From: Octopus vulgaris
Lineage: Eukaryota
Direction: 5' to 3'
Length of the DNA: 64,000 nt
Assembly (NCBI GenBank): GCA_951406725.2
Contig: OX597833.1
Location: forward strand, 66,464,001-66,528,000
The position numbers and the translations under genes were made by a program. Below are positions 41,439 through 56,770 of the stretch, in pieces (positions within the stretch are counted from its first letter, which is position 1; each line of letters starts with the position of its first letter). The notes under the pieces were generated by a model that searched no databases, was not told the DNA's origin, and saw only the letters and a list, made by a program, of their open reading frames with translations.

Positions 41439-41441
<3 letters not shown>
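40718..41441 (+). mobile_element. 5'-truncated R4/Dong-clade non-LTR retrotransposon (zinc knuckle plus RLE domain) in (TAA)n
   Basis: CRICG..ETINHIISSC..RHDRV..RPDIV..IDV..EKLSKY..IPIIVGALG. 1-nt frameshift near 41273; true stop 41336-38. 3' UTR ends AAAACTACTG then (AAT)n. Confidence 0.92.
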
Positions 41442-41506
<65 letters not shown>

Positions 41507-41509
<3 letters not shown>

Positions 41510-41808
41510 AAAGACCTGGAAATAGAGGTAACCAGAATGTGGAATCTAAAAACAGAAACAATTCCTATCATAGTAGGTGCATTAGGCATGATAAAAAAAT
41601 ATTCAGACAAATACATAACAAAAACACCAGGACTTACAAACACATATAACGTACAGAAAATTGCACTACTAGGCACTGCACACATCCTACGCAGAACACT
41701 TTCCATACAATAGCCATCAGAGCATCACAACAAATCACAGCACATACCTAAGGCACACAGAGCTGCGCTCGGTAGTGAAGTTAAAGCACGCTATAAAAAA
41801 TAAAACTA

Positions 41809-41811
<3 letters not shown>
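41507..41811 (+). mobile_element. Second, shorter copy of the same R4/Dong element in the same (TAA)n tract
   Basis: Near-identical to about 41133-41441, same 3' end, C-terminus intact (QKIALLGTAHILRRTLSIQ*). Confidence 0.92.
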
Positions 41812-41849
<38 letters not shown>

Positions 41850-41892
41850 CAATAATAATAATAATAACAACAACAACAACAACAACAACAAC

Positions 41893-41951
<59 letters not shown>

Positions 41952-42187
41952 GGAAGTGCAAAAAATCGTGTTAACTGGAACGGCTCATGTACTGAGAAGA
42001 GCATTATCGCTGTGAAAACAACATCCATTCATGAATTTATTCATTCATAAATTTTTTAAATACATATTTTACCTGTGAATTTGCGTGTGTAATTTGGGAA
42101 TGCATACAATGAGCTTCTCTGTCCGATGTGTACGGAAAACACTCGGCGAGAAACGGAAGAAAATTTGAAGAAAGAAGGAAAAATAAT

Positions 42188-42318
<131 letters not shown>

Positions 42319-43026
42319 ATAATGATGAGACTAATAATAATATAGAATTTTTTTATGTGTGAAATTTGCTAGAAATCTTTGGAGTTTTATATAACATTAC
42401 GAGATTACGAGAACATCAAAACGTAGACGAAATAAAAGTCAAAAAAGAAAAAAAAAAGACAGGAAATTCGTTATCGAACATATCGGAATGAAAAAAAAAT
42501 TCTATTTACCATACTAAAGAAATGAAGACAGTAGAATCTTGACGACAACCTGTACAGTTTTAACATTAACTAAAAGATAATGTTTAATGAAGTTGGAACA
42601 GAATTTGATATTATTTGAATGTTTGAGAGAAAATTAAACGCAAAAAAACAACCAAAAAAAAAAAAAGAAATGTTTTATTTCCATTAAGCATAAAGAAGGA
42701 ACAGAATTGTCGTTCACTTTTAACTTTTATTCGAAGATAACTGTAACAAGATGTTGCAAAATTGGATCTTCTGAAAGTATCTAACTAGCAACGTTGAAAA
42801 TCCTCCATTTTTTTCTTAAGGAGAACGAAATAGGCGAGTAAAAAGCAGAACTAAAATATCTAGCTTTTTTTTTTATTATGAAAAGACGAACGTTGTAAAC
42901 CATAATATTTTTATAAAGATTCTTTGAAAGCGTAAAAACTAAAAAAAAATTTTTAGAAGAAATAAAATTAAATACAACTTTTATCTGTAAACTTTGGAAA
43001 ACTCTTGACAATTTTATCTCTCACTC

Positions 43027-43063
<37 letters not shown>

Positions 43064-43097
43064 GCATAAATACATACATACATACATAAATACATAC

Positions 43098-43145
<48 letters not shown>

Positions 43146-43170
43146 GTATATATATATATATATATATATA

Positions 43171-43622
43171 TAATAATATTAGGGAATAAATCCAAACTTA
43201 CAGGGAAAAATTAGATTCAGGATTAAATCCAATTTTATAGTATAAATATATTATATTATATTATATTAAATTAGAGATAAAACCACTATTAGGCAAATCA
43301 AACAGTGAAAAACATAAGCCAATAAATAAAATTAATTTAAAAATATAAAAGTTAAAAATAAAAAATTATTTAAATAATATAAACTTATAAATTTTATGAA
43401 TTTTATATATATATACAAATATATATATGTATGTAGGTATATTTTTTATATTTATATATTATTTGATTAATTAATTAATTTATTTATTTATTATTATTAT
43501 TATTTAAAAAAATTTTTTAATTTAATTTAATTTTTTTTTATTTTAAAATTAATTTTATGTATTGGCTTATGTTTTTCACTGTTTGATTGGCCCAATAGTG
43601 GTTTTATCTCTAATTTAATATA

Positions 43623-43625
<3 letters not shown>
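43171..43625. mobile_element. Asymmetric fold-back insertion in (TA)n
   Basis: Arms about 43261-43345 and 43541-43623; AT-rich spacer; unpaired tail 43171-43260. Confidence 0.8.
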
Positions 43626-43680
<55 letters not shown>

Positions 43681-43689
43681 GTATGTATA

Positions 43690-43853
43690 TTTTCTTTAAG
43701 TTTCTGTCTACCAAATCCACTCACAAGGCTTTGGTCGGCCTGCAGCTTATAGTAGAAGACACTTGACCAAGGAGCTACGTAGTGGTTCCGGTCTGAACTC
43801 GGAACCATGTGATTGGGAAGCAAGCTTGTTACTGCACAGCTACTCCTCTGCCC
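43690..43853 (-). mobile_element. SINE family A head
   Basis: TCTACCAAATCCACTCACAAGGCTTTGGTCGGCC..GGAACCATGTG. Confidence 0.8.
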
Positions 43854-43900
<47 letters not shown>

Positions 43901-44007
43901 AATATATATGTGTGTGTGTGTGTGTATATATATATACATACATATACATATATATATATGTATACATATACATATATATACATATATATATGTGTGTGTG
44001 CTTGTGT

Positions 44008-44041
<34 letters not shown>

Positions 44042-44092
44042 GTGGGTATATATATATATACATACATATATATGTACACACATACATATATG

Positions 44093-44130
<38 letters not shown>

Positions 44131-44712
44131 CTGTTTATGTGTGTATGTATGCATTTATGTGTGTATATATATATCACCATCCATCTAGATATATATGTGT
44201 GTGTTTACGTGTTTGTGCTTTTGGTATTATAACATATGTATACTAGTGTGCATCTATACGTGTGTCGTCGTTGTTATCGACTCCTGGATTCCTAGAATTT
44301 CTTTCTTCCTTTCTGTCGGTGCCTCTAAAGTCTGCAAAACCGATTTTCGCGTACAAAAATCGGACACAGAGGACCCATTCAACGATCAGTTTAGGCCTTG
44401 GGGGAATTGGCAGGTCTTTCGTCGTCGCAGCTATTGATCTTCATCTTTCCGACAATGTTTTTCAAAATGTCTGACGTAGATCGTGATGATGATGATGGGC
44501 TACTCTGTTGGGTCTGTTGCATGTGGTGCTGCTCGGGGATTGAGGTTCGATACTGGAGCTCGTTTTTGTCTGTTTTAGTGGATCTTTGTAAGAGTCACAT
44601 CGGATAGCCGCGTGACTATATGTCAGTGCTATCTGTGTGTGTGTTTGTGTGTGTATATATATATATAAATATATATATATATATCTTTATATATATATAT
44701 GTATGTATTATG

Positions 44713-44781
<69 letters not shown>

Positions 44782-44836
44782 GCATACACGTATATATATA
44801 TATCCATATCTGTCTGCCTCCCTGCCTGTCGGTCGC

Positions 44837-44936
<100 letters not shown>

Positions 44937-44937
44937 C

Positions 44938-45016
<79 letters not shown>

Positions 45017-45374
45017 CCTATCTATCTATCTACATCTCTCTCTCTCTATCTATCTAGTTCTGCCTATTTCCGTTTCATTTATCCATTCTGTCTTATCTGC
45101 CCTCTACTCTCTCTCTCTCTCTCTTTCTCTCTCTCCCTCGTCCTCTCTCATTCTCGCTCTCACATCTAATTAATAATCTGAGATTAATTAGATACCCAAT
45201 CGTGACAGTCCAACACGAAGCCAGTTTGTTGAACCATCAACCAAACAATTGCGCAGACGATGTAAATAACACCAGCTGTCAATCTCAAGTGCAGACGGCA
45301 AATTAACAAAACCGCATATTTAATAATTTTTCTCCACTTCCACTCAAACAATTATGTCTTATATGGAAATGAAG

Positions 45375-45408
<34 letters not shown>

Positions 45409-45416
<8 letters not shown>

Positions 45417-45521
45417 AAATACAAGCACACAAACATATATACTGGAACGAAGCTCCTCTCATACGTAAGCACCCATGAACTTATAAATATATCACACGGT
45501 ATCAGGACAACGACGTACGCA

Positions 45522-45581
<60 letters not shown>

Positions 45582-45708
45582 CACACACACATACAAAATA
45601 CAAGCACACAAACACACATACTGGAAGGAAGCTCTTCTCATACGTAAGCACCCATGAACTTATAAATATATCACACGGTCTCAAGACAACGACGTACGCA
45701 CACACATG
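45409..45708. repeat. About 180-bp tandem duplication separated by (CA)n, with diverged further units to about 45930
   Basis: CATACAAAATACAAGCACACAAAC..CATACGTAAGCACCCATGAACTTATAAATATATCACACGGT occurs twice. Confidence 0.88.
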
Positions 45709-45805
45709 CAAATATATACAGAGTCACATGAATATACAAAACTCACGCTCGCAAGCATATACAAGCTTATAAAAATATCACACAGTCTTAGAACAATGAC
45801 ATAAG

Positions 45806-45847
<42 letters not shown>

Positions 45848-46184
45848 TGAGAAGGTTAACAGACTGATACACACACACATACACACTCATAAGATTTATA
45901 AACACATCGTGTAATCTAAGAACGGCACACACGCACATACAGACACCTTTGAACGTATGCAGAGTCATTTGCATATGTCAAGACGCACTCGAACGTACAA
46001 ATACGTAGACATACACACGGACAAAGAGATCTCGGAGACTGGCTAAAACTGTACTTGTTGGCAGAATTTATAATAGATATTCTACGTGTAAATAGAAAAG
46101 ATTTTAATTCCGTAGTTTATCAAATTTAAATTTGAGCGAACGTGATTAAAGAATTCGTTGTCACGAGTGCACATAACTTATCCT

Positions 46185-46550
46185 CTTTTATTTGTTTCTG
46201 TTATTGGACCGCAGCCATTCTGGGGCACAACTTTGAAGGGTGTTGTCGAAGGAATCGATCTCGGTCCTTATGTAAGTCTGGAACATGTTCCTGCAGTTTC
46301 TTTTGCCAATCGCATCAGCATCAGTTGTCAAGCGTAGGTGGAGGGACAAATAGACCCCCCCCCCAAAAAAAACAAAGGATTCACAAACATATATACGATG
46401 AGGTTCTTCAGTGTTTCTTTCAACCAAAACCACTCACAAAGCATTGGGTAGTTCGGAGCTATGTTAGAAGACACTTGCCTAAGGTGCAGCGAAGTAGGAG
46501 CGAAACCGAAACCACGCGGATCTTCTTAACCAAAAGTCATTCCTGCTCCG
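46185..46550 (-). mobile_element. SINE family A, strongly diverged
   Basis: CGCAGCCATTCTGGGGCAC..AGAAGACACTTGCCTAAGGTGC. Confidence 0.65.
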
Positions 46551-46762
46551 CGAATTTCTCTTACTTGTCTCCCGGCTGAGGAAGGTTATTTTTGAGTTTT
46601 TTATGATTGAAACCACTTTGCAGAACAAATAATCATGTTACAATTGATTGATCTATGATTATTTAAAGGTATTTGATGATTGCATAGTTTTTTATTCAGT
46701 CAGTCTGCACATAAATATATAATATACATACAAACTATATATATATATGTTCACATCTTCAA

Positions 46763-46795
<33 letters not shown>

Positions 46796-47370
46796 CACAC
46801 ACAATGCACACATACTCATACAAACACACACACACACACGCACAAACACAAACACACACACGCACACACATGCACAAACACACACACATGCACACACACG
46901 CAAATACAAACACAAACGCACACAGAAACACGGACACACACAAGCCCAAACGCACACACACACACACACAAACACACACAAACACGCACACGAAAATACA
47001 CACAAACACAAAAACACACACACACAAATACCTCCATACACACACACATTTTAGTACGAAGGTTAAAGTTCATTTTGAAATTGCTTTCTGTATTAACTGT
47101 ATTTATATATTGATGTATATATTGATCAGTATAAATGTGTTTACTATATTATTGAGCCCTTTTAGCTTATTTCTTGGCACAAAAGAAATATTTTCCACGT
47201 AAATACTGAAATATTAACAAATACAAAGGTAACATTTAAATTCTAAGTCTTCCTATTGTTAAAGTTCAAGCATTCTTGTATATTTTTTTCTCCATAGAAA
47301 CAATACACACACATACATATAATACGTATAATATACATACATACACACACATACATGTATATAGATATAC

Positions 47371-47437
<67 letters not shown>

Positions 47438-47871
47438 TAAGAGAGTGACCATGTGGTCTACTCTAGCACTAAATATAGATCCGCAAGGTTTCAGCCACAA
47501 AAGAAATTGTTTCCGATGAAATTAGCACTACTACCAGCGCAAATGAACAGGGCAAATAAACATAACAAAATGTAGATATATATATATATTTATGTATAAA
47601 ATGTATCATAATCCGGGTTTTTTATGCACTAAGCCACTTGGTGGTAAATGGATGTACTATTAAATTAGTATCCAATTTTCCGACCCTTATCGGTTGATAT
47701 ATATATATATATATATGTAAATATGTAGATGTGTGTCTGTGTATGGGTGCATAAGTACGTATATACGTATGACTAGACATACATTATTTGCAAACTACTT
47801 AGAGATACAAGTGCTGCCAGTTGGAAGCTCTGTATACCGGATACTACAAGGCTTATGACGTCACTCCAGCC

Positions 47872-47988
<117 letters not shown>

Positions 47989-48006
47989 AATCTATGTCTT
48001 TCTATC

Positions 48007-48065
<59 letters not shown>

Positions 48066-48069
48066 TTAT

Positions 48070-48196
<127 letters not shown>

Positions 48197-48220
48197 CCTA
48201 CCTTTCTATCTACCTACCTT

Positions 48221-48262
<42 letters not shown>

Positions 48263-49289
48263 AACGCATACTTACACACATACATGGGTGTATGTGTGCA
48301 GTTAATACGAAACGGCACTAACATTAACACAACGCAATGTATTGAGTACATTTGACGGCGAATTGGCAGACTCGTTAGAAAGACTCTCTAGTGGAAATTG
48401 TTACGACTCTTGGCGAGCTGAGTTCAAACACCACAGGAGCCAACTTTATCTTTCATCAATTTGGAGCTAACAAGAAAGGGTACCCATCAGGGCGGTAGAT
48501 TAGCTAGGTTCTTAAAAGATTAGAAGGGATGACTGACGATATCTCCATCGGATCTGTTCTTTCTGGGTGCAAATCACACCCAATCACTTAGAAAAAAAAA
48601 AAACAAAAAAAAAAAAACGGTGGAACTTCTACCTCAAGTTGCGATTGATTAATAGTATGAGCAGTTTGGAAAATCGATGGAAGCATAAGCTCCCTGGTTC
48701 GATTAGAAAATCGACCTTCAGCTCCATGTGTGTGTATGCATATGAATGTGGCCATCATGGCGTGGCTGATTGGAAGTTTTAAAGACTTGGAGTAAAAGAT
48801 AGGCTTGTCATTAGCTTGATCTTATCTATTTGAGCATGTACCGTAGTGGCAGACAATATATGCATCTCTGATCACGAACAGGAGAAGTGGGGGGACATTC
48901 ATAACCCTGTATTGAGAGGGATTCTTTGAGGGTTTCAATAACTCACCACTTGAAACATAGGTGTTTCGTTCATAATCTTTGAACAACCCTTATTCAAGGA
49001 CTTTCTCGACGGGATTGTCTACTCGACCTCAAAAAAATTCGAACTAGGTCACAACCGCAAAGTTATGCTCTGTTAATCGTGATATTAGGTCACCGTGTCT
49101 GTCACGCATAACTGTGATGCGTATATGTCTGGTGTATCCTCATCAGACAAGAAGTCTCCATAGGCGTATCAGGCTTTTCATATATATGTTGCCCAGTGTC
49201 GCTTTGATGACGTCTGCTACTCTATTCTACGTACATACGAATAAAAAAATAACAACCATCCATATAAATATCTGTATGGATACACACAC

Positions 49290-49359
<70 letters not shown>

Positions 49360-49420
49360 ATATAAGTATATGTATGTATATATATATATATAGAAACACA
49401 CAGCAATATATATGCACATA

Positions 49421-49459
<39 letters not shown>

Positions 49460-49491
49460 GTGTGTATGTATATATATGTATATGTGTATAT

Positions 49492-49532
<41 letters not shown>

Positions 49533-49666
49533 TATATGTATGTATATATATATGTATAATATATGTATATATATATATATATATATATACAAACACACAG
49601 CAATATATATGCACGTATATATGTGTATATATATACATGTGTGTATGTATATATATATACATATTA

Positions 49667-49720
<54 letters not shown>

Positions 49721-49869
49721 TATATACATATTATAATTGTGATATACAATAAAATATATTCTATCGTTGAATCTGCTTCTATTAAGTTTGCATCCGATCG
49801 TAAATATAGAAATCAAATTCTAGTTGATTACATTATCCAATTGTCTCCCCACCCGTGTATTTGCATTTC

Positions 49870-49888
49870 TACACACACCCACAAGCAC

Positions 49889-49961
<73 letters not shown>

Positions 49962-50042
49962 CACACACACACAAGCAAACATACGCACACACACACACAC
50001 GCACACACACACACACAAGCACACATACGCACACGCACACAC

Positions 50043-50073
<31 letters not shown>

Positions 50074-50082
50074 AGCACACAT

Positions 50083-50122
<40 letters not shown>

Positions 50123-50208
50123 GCACACATACGCACACAAGCACACACACACGCACACACACACACACACACACAAGCACACATACGCACACAAGCACAC
50201 ATACGCAC

Positions 50209-50248
<40 letters not shown>

Positions 50249-50253
50249 ACACA

Positions 50254-50312
<59 letters not shown>
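49870..50312. repeat. (CA)n-derived tract (similar at 46760-47050 and 54857-55345)
   Basis: Direct reading. Confidence 0.95.
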
Positions 50313-50315
<3 letters not shown>

Positions 50316-50454
50316 TATATCATCCTGGCATAAAGAGACGGTGACACATAATACAATCAGTCATCTTCATTTGCTTGCCGTATCGATCGAACGTAAAAGT
50401 TAATAGGAGCAGCAGACACCTGCTTCATTCAGCAAAAACCGCCATTACTCTCAG

Positions 50455-50531
<77 letters not shown>

Positions 50532-50622
50532 ATGCTGCTGCTGCTGCGGCTACTGCTGCCACTGCCATCACATCAGATAACTGTCGTTGTCGCTTCTTTT
50601 GTCGCCGTCTTTGATAATTCGA

Positions 50623-50749
<127 letters not shown>

Positions 50750-50754
50750 TTATT

Positions 50755-50785
<31 letters not shown>

Positions 50786-50828
50786 CTATCTATCCATCCA
50801 TCTATCTATCTACATATCTATCTCTCTA

Positions 50829-50886
<58 letters not shown>

Positions 50887-50976
50887 CCTATGTATCTCTC
50901 TCTCTCACTATCTATGTATCTACCTATCTACCTACCTACCTATCTATCTATTTATCTCTCTCTCTCTCTCTCCCTC

Positions 50977-51019
<43 letters not shown>

Positions 51020-51828
51020 ATCTATCTTTCTATCTATCTTTCTTTCTTTCTTTCTATCTATTCCTCCGTCCATCCATCCATCCATCCATCCATCCATCCA
51101 TCCATCCATCCATCCATCCATCCATCCATCTCTCTCTGTCTCTCTGTCTCTCTGTTTCTCCCCTCTCTCCCCCCTCTGCCTATTTATTTCCCAAACCAAA
51201 AATATTATTCATCAGTGACCTCCTCCTCCCCCCACCGCCAACTCCTATATACATTCCCACCTCAGAACGCACACATCTTCCTATCATCACATATTTTCGT
51301 TATCTTCAACATGACATGGCGGACAGTGAAATACTTTTAGACAAATATACCAATCTGTATGCGTTTCAGCAGTTCACGAATTTTACTTTATTTCGAGGCG
51401 TTCAGCCAGTGATAGAATTATAATGCTATTTTTCATAGTTTCTATTGAAACGATTCTGTTGTCTGTTCGTAAGGCCTGGACAATAGCAGAAACGCTACCA
51501 AAAGCGATAAACGCTGGACATAGCTTTCTTTCAATGTTTGTACTTGGAGCTCATTTTCTCAAAAGAATAAACAATGAAAATGCTAATTGTATGAGAGCAG
51601 ACTTTTTCAGCTGATAGCATTTTACGCTTAAAAAGATTAATTTTGGTTGGACGTGTTTTGAAAAGACCGGCTATACAACTGAACGTTGTTTTGAGTTGTT
51701 ATAAAAATTAAATTCTTTTAATGTATTGGATGAGTTTTGCGAAAGACATATATGTTTACCAAATGCGGCTGTGGGTTTAGCATTGTGATAAAGAGACATA
51801 GAACGCTCAGTAAGGAAACTGGGTGGAA

Positions 51829-52536
51829 TCTAAAGGAAATTGTGCTAAGAGACTTATTCCAGTGGCGCGAATATGGATAACAAAGGTGAATAAATAACGA
51901 CAGGTGAAATAAATATCAGATATGCATTACCCCAGGTAGAACCTTCAGGGACTACTTAGAGATTTTGCAAGCCCTTCTAAATGAAATCGTGCTAAGAGAC
52001 TTATCTCAGTGGCACGAATATGGATGACAAAGATGAATAAATAGGCGCAGGAGTGGCTGTGCGGTAAGTAGCTTGATTACCAACTACATGATTCCGGGTT
52101 CAGTCCCACTGCGTGGCACCTCGGGCAAGTGTCTTCTACTATAACCTCGGGCCGACCAAAAGCCTTGTGAGTGGATTTGGTAGACGGAAACTGAAAGAAG
52201 CCCGCCGTATTTGTGTGTGTGTGCGTGTTTGTGTCTGTGTTTGTCCTCCCAACATCGTTTAACAACCGATGCTGGTGTGTTTACGTCCTTGTAATTTAGC
52301 GGTTCGGCAAAAGAAACCGATAGAATAAGTGCTAGGCTTACAAAGAATAAGTCCCGGGGTCGATTTACTCGACCAAAGGCGGTGCTCCAGCAGGACCGCA
52401 GTCAAATGACTAAAACAAGTAAAAGAGTAAAAAGAGAGTAAGAGTAAATAACGACAGGTGAAATAAATATCAGAGATGCTTTACCCCAGGCAGAACCTTC
52501 AGGGACTACTTAGAGATTTTGCAAGCCCTTCTAAAT
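51829..52536. repeat. 147-bp tandem duplication; second unit interrupted by SINE A
   Basis: Unit 1 51829-51975; unit 2 51976-52043 plus 52451-52536. Confidence 0.9.
52044..52444 (+). mobile_element. SINE family A, full length, 6-bp TSD
   Basis: TAAATA at 52038-43 and 52445-50; the empty site is preserved in unit 1 (GAATAAATAACGACAGG). Confidence 0.95.
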
Positions 52537-53117
52537 ACATTGTAATGATGGATACCTTTCCGGATCGTCAGCAGGTATCTCAGAGTTGCAAGCGTTTCGC
52601 CCCTTACCCTGCACGCTTCACCTGAGTGGTGCAGTGGGGACAAAGCTAGTCCTCATTACGGAAAAATACCACTTGCAAGCTCTTATCAACCACAGCCATC
52701 TTGAGTTAGAGAGAATAAATATTAAAATAATTGTCTAGGGTCAATTTGTTTGGCTAAATCCCTTCAAGACGGTGCCCCAGCATGGCCGCAGTGCAATGAC
52801 TGAAACAGGTAAAAGATGAAAGATTATCCATATCCGATAAATTGATTTATTGAAAATATTTTTTCTTCGATTCAACGAATTGCTTGGGACAATTAAGACC
52901 AAATCCAAATAAAAACAGGAAATAACCTAAAAAATGAAGAATTCTCTAAAATTGATAAAGAATTTAGGAAAACATGGTCTGATATTCTGGATGCAAGGGG
53001 CCAGCATTTGAGAAAAGTGATATATTAAAGGAATATTGGAAAGGCGATTCTCATTGGTCGATGTAGATCACATGATTGTTATTGTTTTAGTCACCGGAAG
53101 ACAATATGGCTGCTATT

Positions 53118-53512
53118 GATGATGGAAGCACTCCGTCGGTTACGACGACGAGGGTTCCGGTTGATCCGAATCAACGGAACAGCCTGCTCGTGAAATTAAC
53201 GTGCAAGTGGCTGAGCACTCCACAGACACGTGTACCCATAACGTAGTTCTCGGGGATATTCAGCGTGACACAGAGAGTGACAAGGCCGGCCCTTTGAAAT
53301 ACAGGTACAACAGAAACAGGAAGTAAGAGTGAGAGAAAGTTGTGGTGAAAGAGTACAGCAGGGATCACCACCACCATCCCCTGCCGGAGCCTCGTGGAAC
53401 TTTTAGGTGTTTTCGCTCAATAAACACTGACAACGCCCGGTCTGGGAATCGAAACCACGATCCTATGACCGCGAGTCCGCTGCCCTAACCACTGGGCCAT
53501 TGCGCCTCCACT
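53118..53512 (-). mobile_element. SINE family C (tRNA-derived head), full length, 13-bp TSD
   Basis: TATGGCTGCTATT at 53105-117 and 53513-525; A box TGGCCCAGTGG, B-box-like GGTTTCGATTCC. Confidence 0.93.
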
Positions 53513-54224
53513 TATGGCTGCTATTAACTATCTCATAAATATGTCCCTTCTTTACAGTCGAGGATACTCAAAAGAGACTCATACAGAACACATTTATGGA
53601 CTCAGAGTAGCAGCGGAATGAATCGAAGCAATATTCAAGCGGACAAGCGGTCTATTTTTAAAAGACACAACCATCTTAAAAACAATCCACTTCTCTTGTT
53701 GATTTTACACTTGGAAGCGACCGACCTTTGAACACAAATCCCAGATCATGACCTGTCTTTGACCTTTAAACCCTATAGAAATTTAACCTATGTTCACAGT
53801 CACGCTTCATTGAACTCAAACCAGAATATAAAACCAATCATTAATTCCTTACATTTAATATAATCAATTGAAGCAAAAGAGAATTCTCCAGCTTGAAATA
53901 AACAGACACCGACCCAACCAGAACCGTGTTTTCTTCTCTCCCATATTTCTTTTCTCTTCCACATAAAACACGTTCACCTTGTTGCTGTTGTTGTTGTTGC
54001 TGTTGTTGTTGTTGTTGTTGTTGTTGCTTTCGTCCAGTTCTTGTTCTCCTCCTTATTCCTATCCATCTTCCTTTGCTTCGCAACGCCGTATTTCTGTTCG
54101 CTCGATCAAATCATTGACGAAGGTGTCTGTTTATTTGCACCTTCCACCAATCCGCCGTCGCTGAAAAACGCACTATTGAACCACACCGACTTTGAAACCA
54201 ATATGCTCCGCCCACAAAATGAAA

Positions 54225-54378
54225 AGTGGTTAGGAGGTTGCTTGCCAATCACGTGGTTCGGGGTTCAGTCCCACTGCGTGACCCTTTGGGTAAGTGTATT
54301 CTAATATAGCCGCGGTCCGACCAAAGGCTTGTGAGTGGATTTTGTAGACGGAAACTGAAAGAAGCCCTTCGTATATAC

Positions 54379-54451
<73 letters not shown>

Positions 54452-54483
54452 ATCTGTGTTTGTCCCCTCGCCGTCGCTTGACA
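54225..54483 (+). mobile_element. SINE family A, 3'-truncated
   Basis: GGGTTCAGTCCCACTGCGTG..GTAGACGGAAACTGAAAGAAGCCC..CGCTTGACAA. Confidence 0.85.
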
Positions 54484-55268
54484 AAAGATTCTAAACTTTA
54501 ATCGGATTCGAACGTCGACTCAATCCTTACTTCTGCTCCATTCACCCAAAGGTAAACCGTTTTACGAGCCTTTAACGTTTCGGGATTTTTTACAGTCACC
54601 TTCTCAGCGTAAACGTAATGGCATAAACGACGTGCATATTTCAGTAAGCCGTAAAAGATATTGGAAATATTTGTATAACTGGTAGAGTAACCATCGCCGA
54701 ATTTTTAACACACTGAAATGGTAAGTCATATCGAATTTAATGAATTATATTATTTGTGATGTCGGTTTGTTTAACTTGTGTTTTAATTTAATTTTCATTA
54801 AAGCTTCTGTACGCATTCTTCTCATGTTTATCAGGAATTCTATTTTAATTTTTAAATACACACACACACATACACATATACACACATATATACACACATA
54901 CACACACATATACACACATATACACACATATACACACACATACACACACACATATACACACACATACACACATATACACACATACACACATATACACACA
55001 TACACACACATATACACACACACACATATACACATATACACACACATACACACACATATACACACACATATACACACACATACACACATATACACACACA
55101 TATATACACACACACATATACACACACATATACACACACATACACACACATATGCACACACATACACACACATACACACATATACACACACATGTACACA
55201 CACATACACACACATACACACACATATACACAACACACACATACACATATACACACACATACACACAC

Positions 55269-55299
<31 letters not shown>

Positions 55300-55478
55300 C
55301 ATACACATGCACACACTCACACACACACACATATACACACACGCCACACACGCATTTCTTCAGTGAAATAACTCACAGTCACTTTGTCAGCTGCTGCTCA
55401 TTCTGTTTGGCTTTGAGTAATATATGCATTTATATATAAACAATTTGTAAATTATAACAAATTTACACCCCCCACACA

Positions 55479-55519
<41 letters not shown>

Positions 55520-55630
55520 GTATACGCATGTAAGCTAAAATATATGCATGTACATACATACATATATATATATATGTTTGAAAATATCACTTTTATTTAC
55601 CTCATATATATATATGTGAGTATGTGTATA

Positions 55631-55691
<61 letters not shown>

Positions 55692-55704
55692 GAATAGCTG
55701 TATA

Positions 55705-55761
<57 letters not shown>

Positions 55762-55802
55762 ACAAGTGTATGTATGTATATATATATATTTATATATATA
55801 TT

Positions 55803-55845
<43 letters not shown>

Positions 55846-56339
55846 ATATATATTTATATACATATATATATGTATTATCAATATGAACATATACATCCGT
55901 TCATACATACGTACAAATCACCAACTGACATATTATATACACATCTTCCTATATGTTCATGTCATTTTTCTCTGTATTTAAACTTGTACACACACTTGTA
56001 CACATCATATACTACACCCATATACATACAAATATACACCCATATATATGTGTCTGTTTATATGTAGATAACTGAGTAGAAGTCGGAATGAGGTGTGTGT
56101 GTGTTGCGCTGACGTCTAAGAGGTCGGAAACTCAATTTAGTTACTGTCACATATATTAAATTTGAGACATAATATATGTAAATCAGAAATGATATTGCAT
56201 TCGACTTCTCCATTTTGACTTTCGATCGACAAATTTATTTATCACTTCGTTTTTCGTATTCTAATTATTTTGTTATTTATTGTTTTGCTTTGGCATGTGT
56301 GGGTAGGAGGTCACTGCCCCTCTCCCGGTCTGCTATTCT

Positions 56340-56404
56340 TTCCTTCTTTCTTCCTCTCTCACTTTCTTTCTTTTCTTTTTTTCTTTCTTTCTTTCTTTCT
56401 TTTT

Positions 56405-56452
<48 letters not shown>

Positions 56453-56545
56453 GCTTTCTTTCTCACTTTCTTTCTTTCTTTCTCTCTTTCGTTCTCACTT
56501 TCTTTTTCGTTCCCGCTTTCTTTTTCGTTCTCACTTTCTTTCTCA

Positions 56546-56580
<35 letters not shown>

Positions 56581-56612
56581 TCGTTCGTTCTTACTTTCTT
56601 ACTTTCTTTCCT

Positions 56613-56680
<68 letters not shown>

Positions 56681-56693
56681 ACTTTCTTACTTC

Positions 56694-56740
<47 letters not shown>

Positions 56741-56770
56741 TCCTTCTTTCTTTCTTTCTTTCTTTCTCAC
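56340..56770. repeat. (CTTT)n tract
   Basis: Direct reading. Confidence 0.95.

Noticed and set aside
45166-45310. TAATTA palindrome plus Fox- and E-box-like motifs as an enhancer
   Set aside because: Short motifs are expected by chance in AT-rich DNA; cannot be supported without conservation or chromatin data.
52551-52579. Minus strand GATACCTG-CTGACGA-TCCG-GAAA-GGTATC, hammerhead-like
   Set aside because: No stem I, position 17 is G, and stem II cannot form, so it is not a viable HHR.
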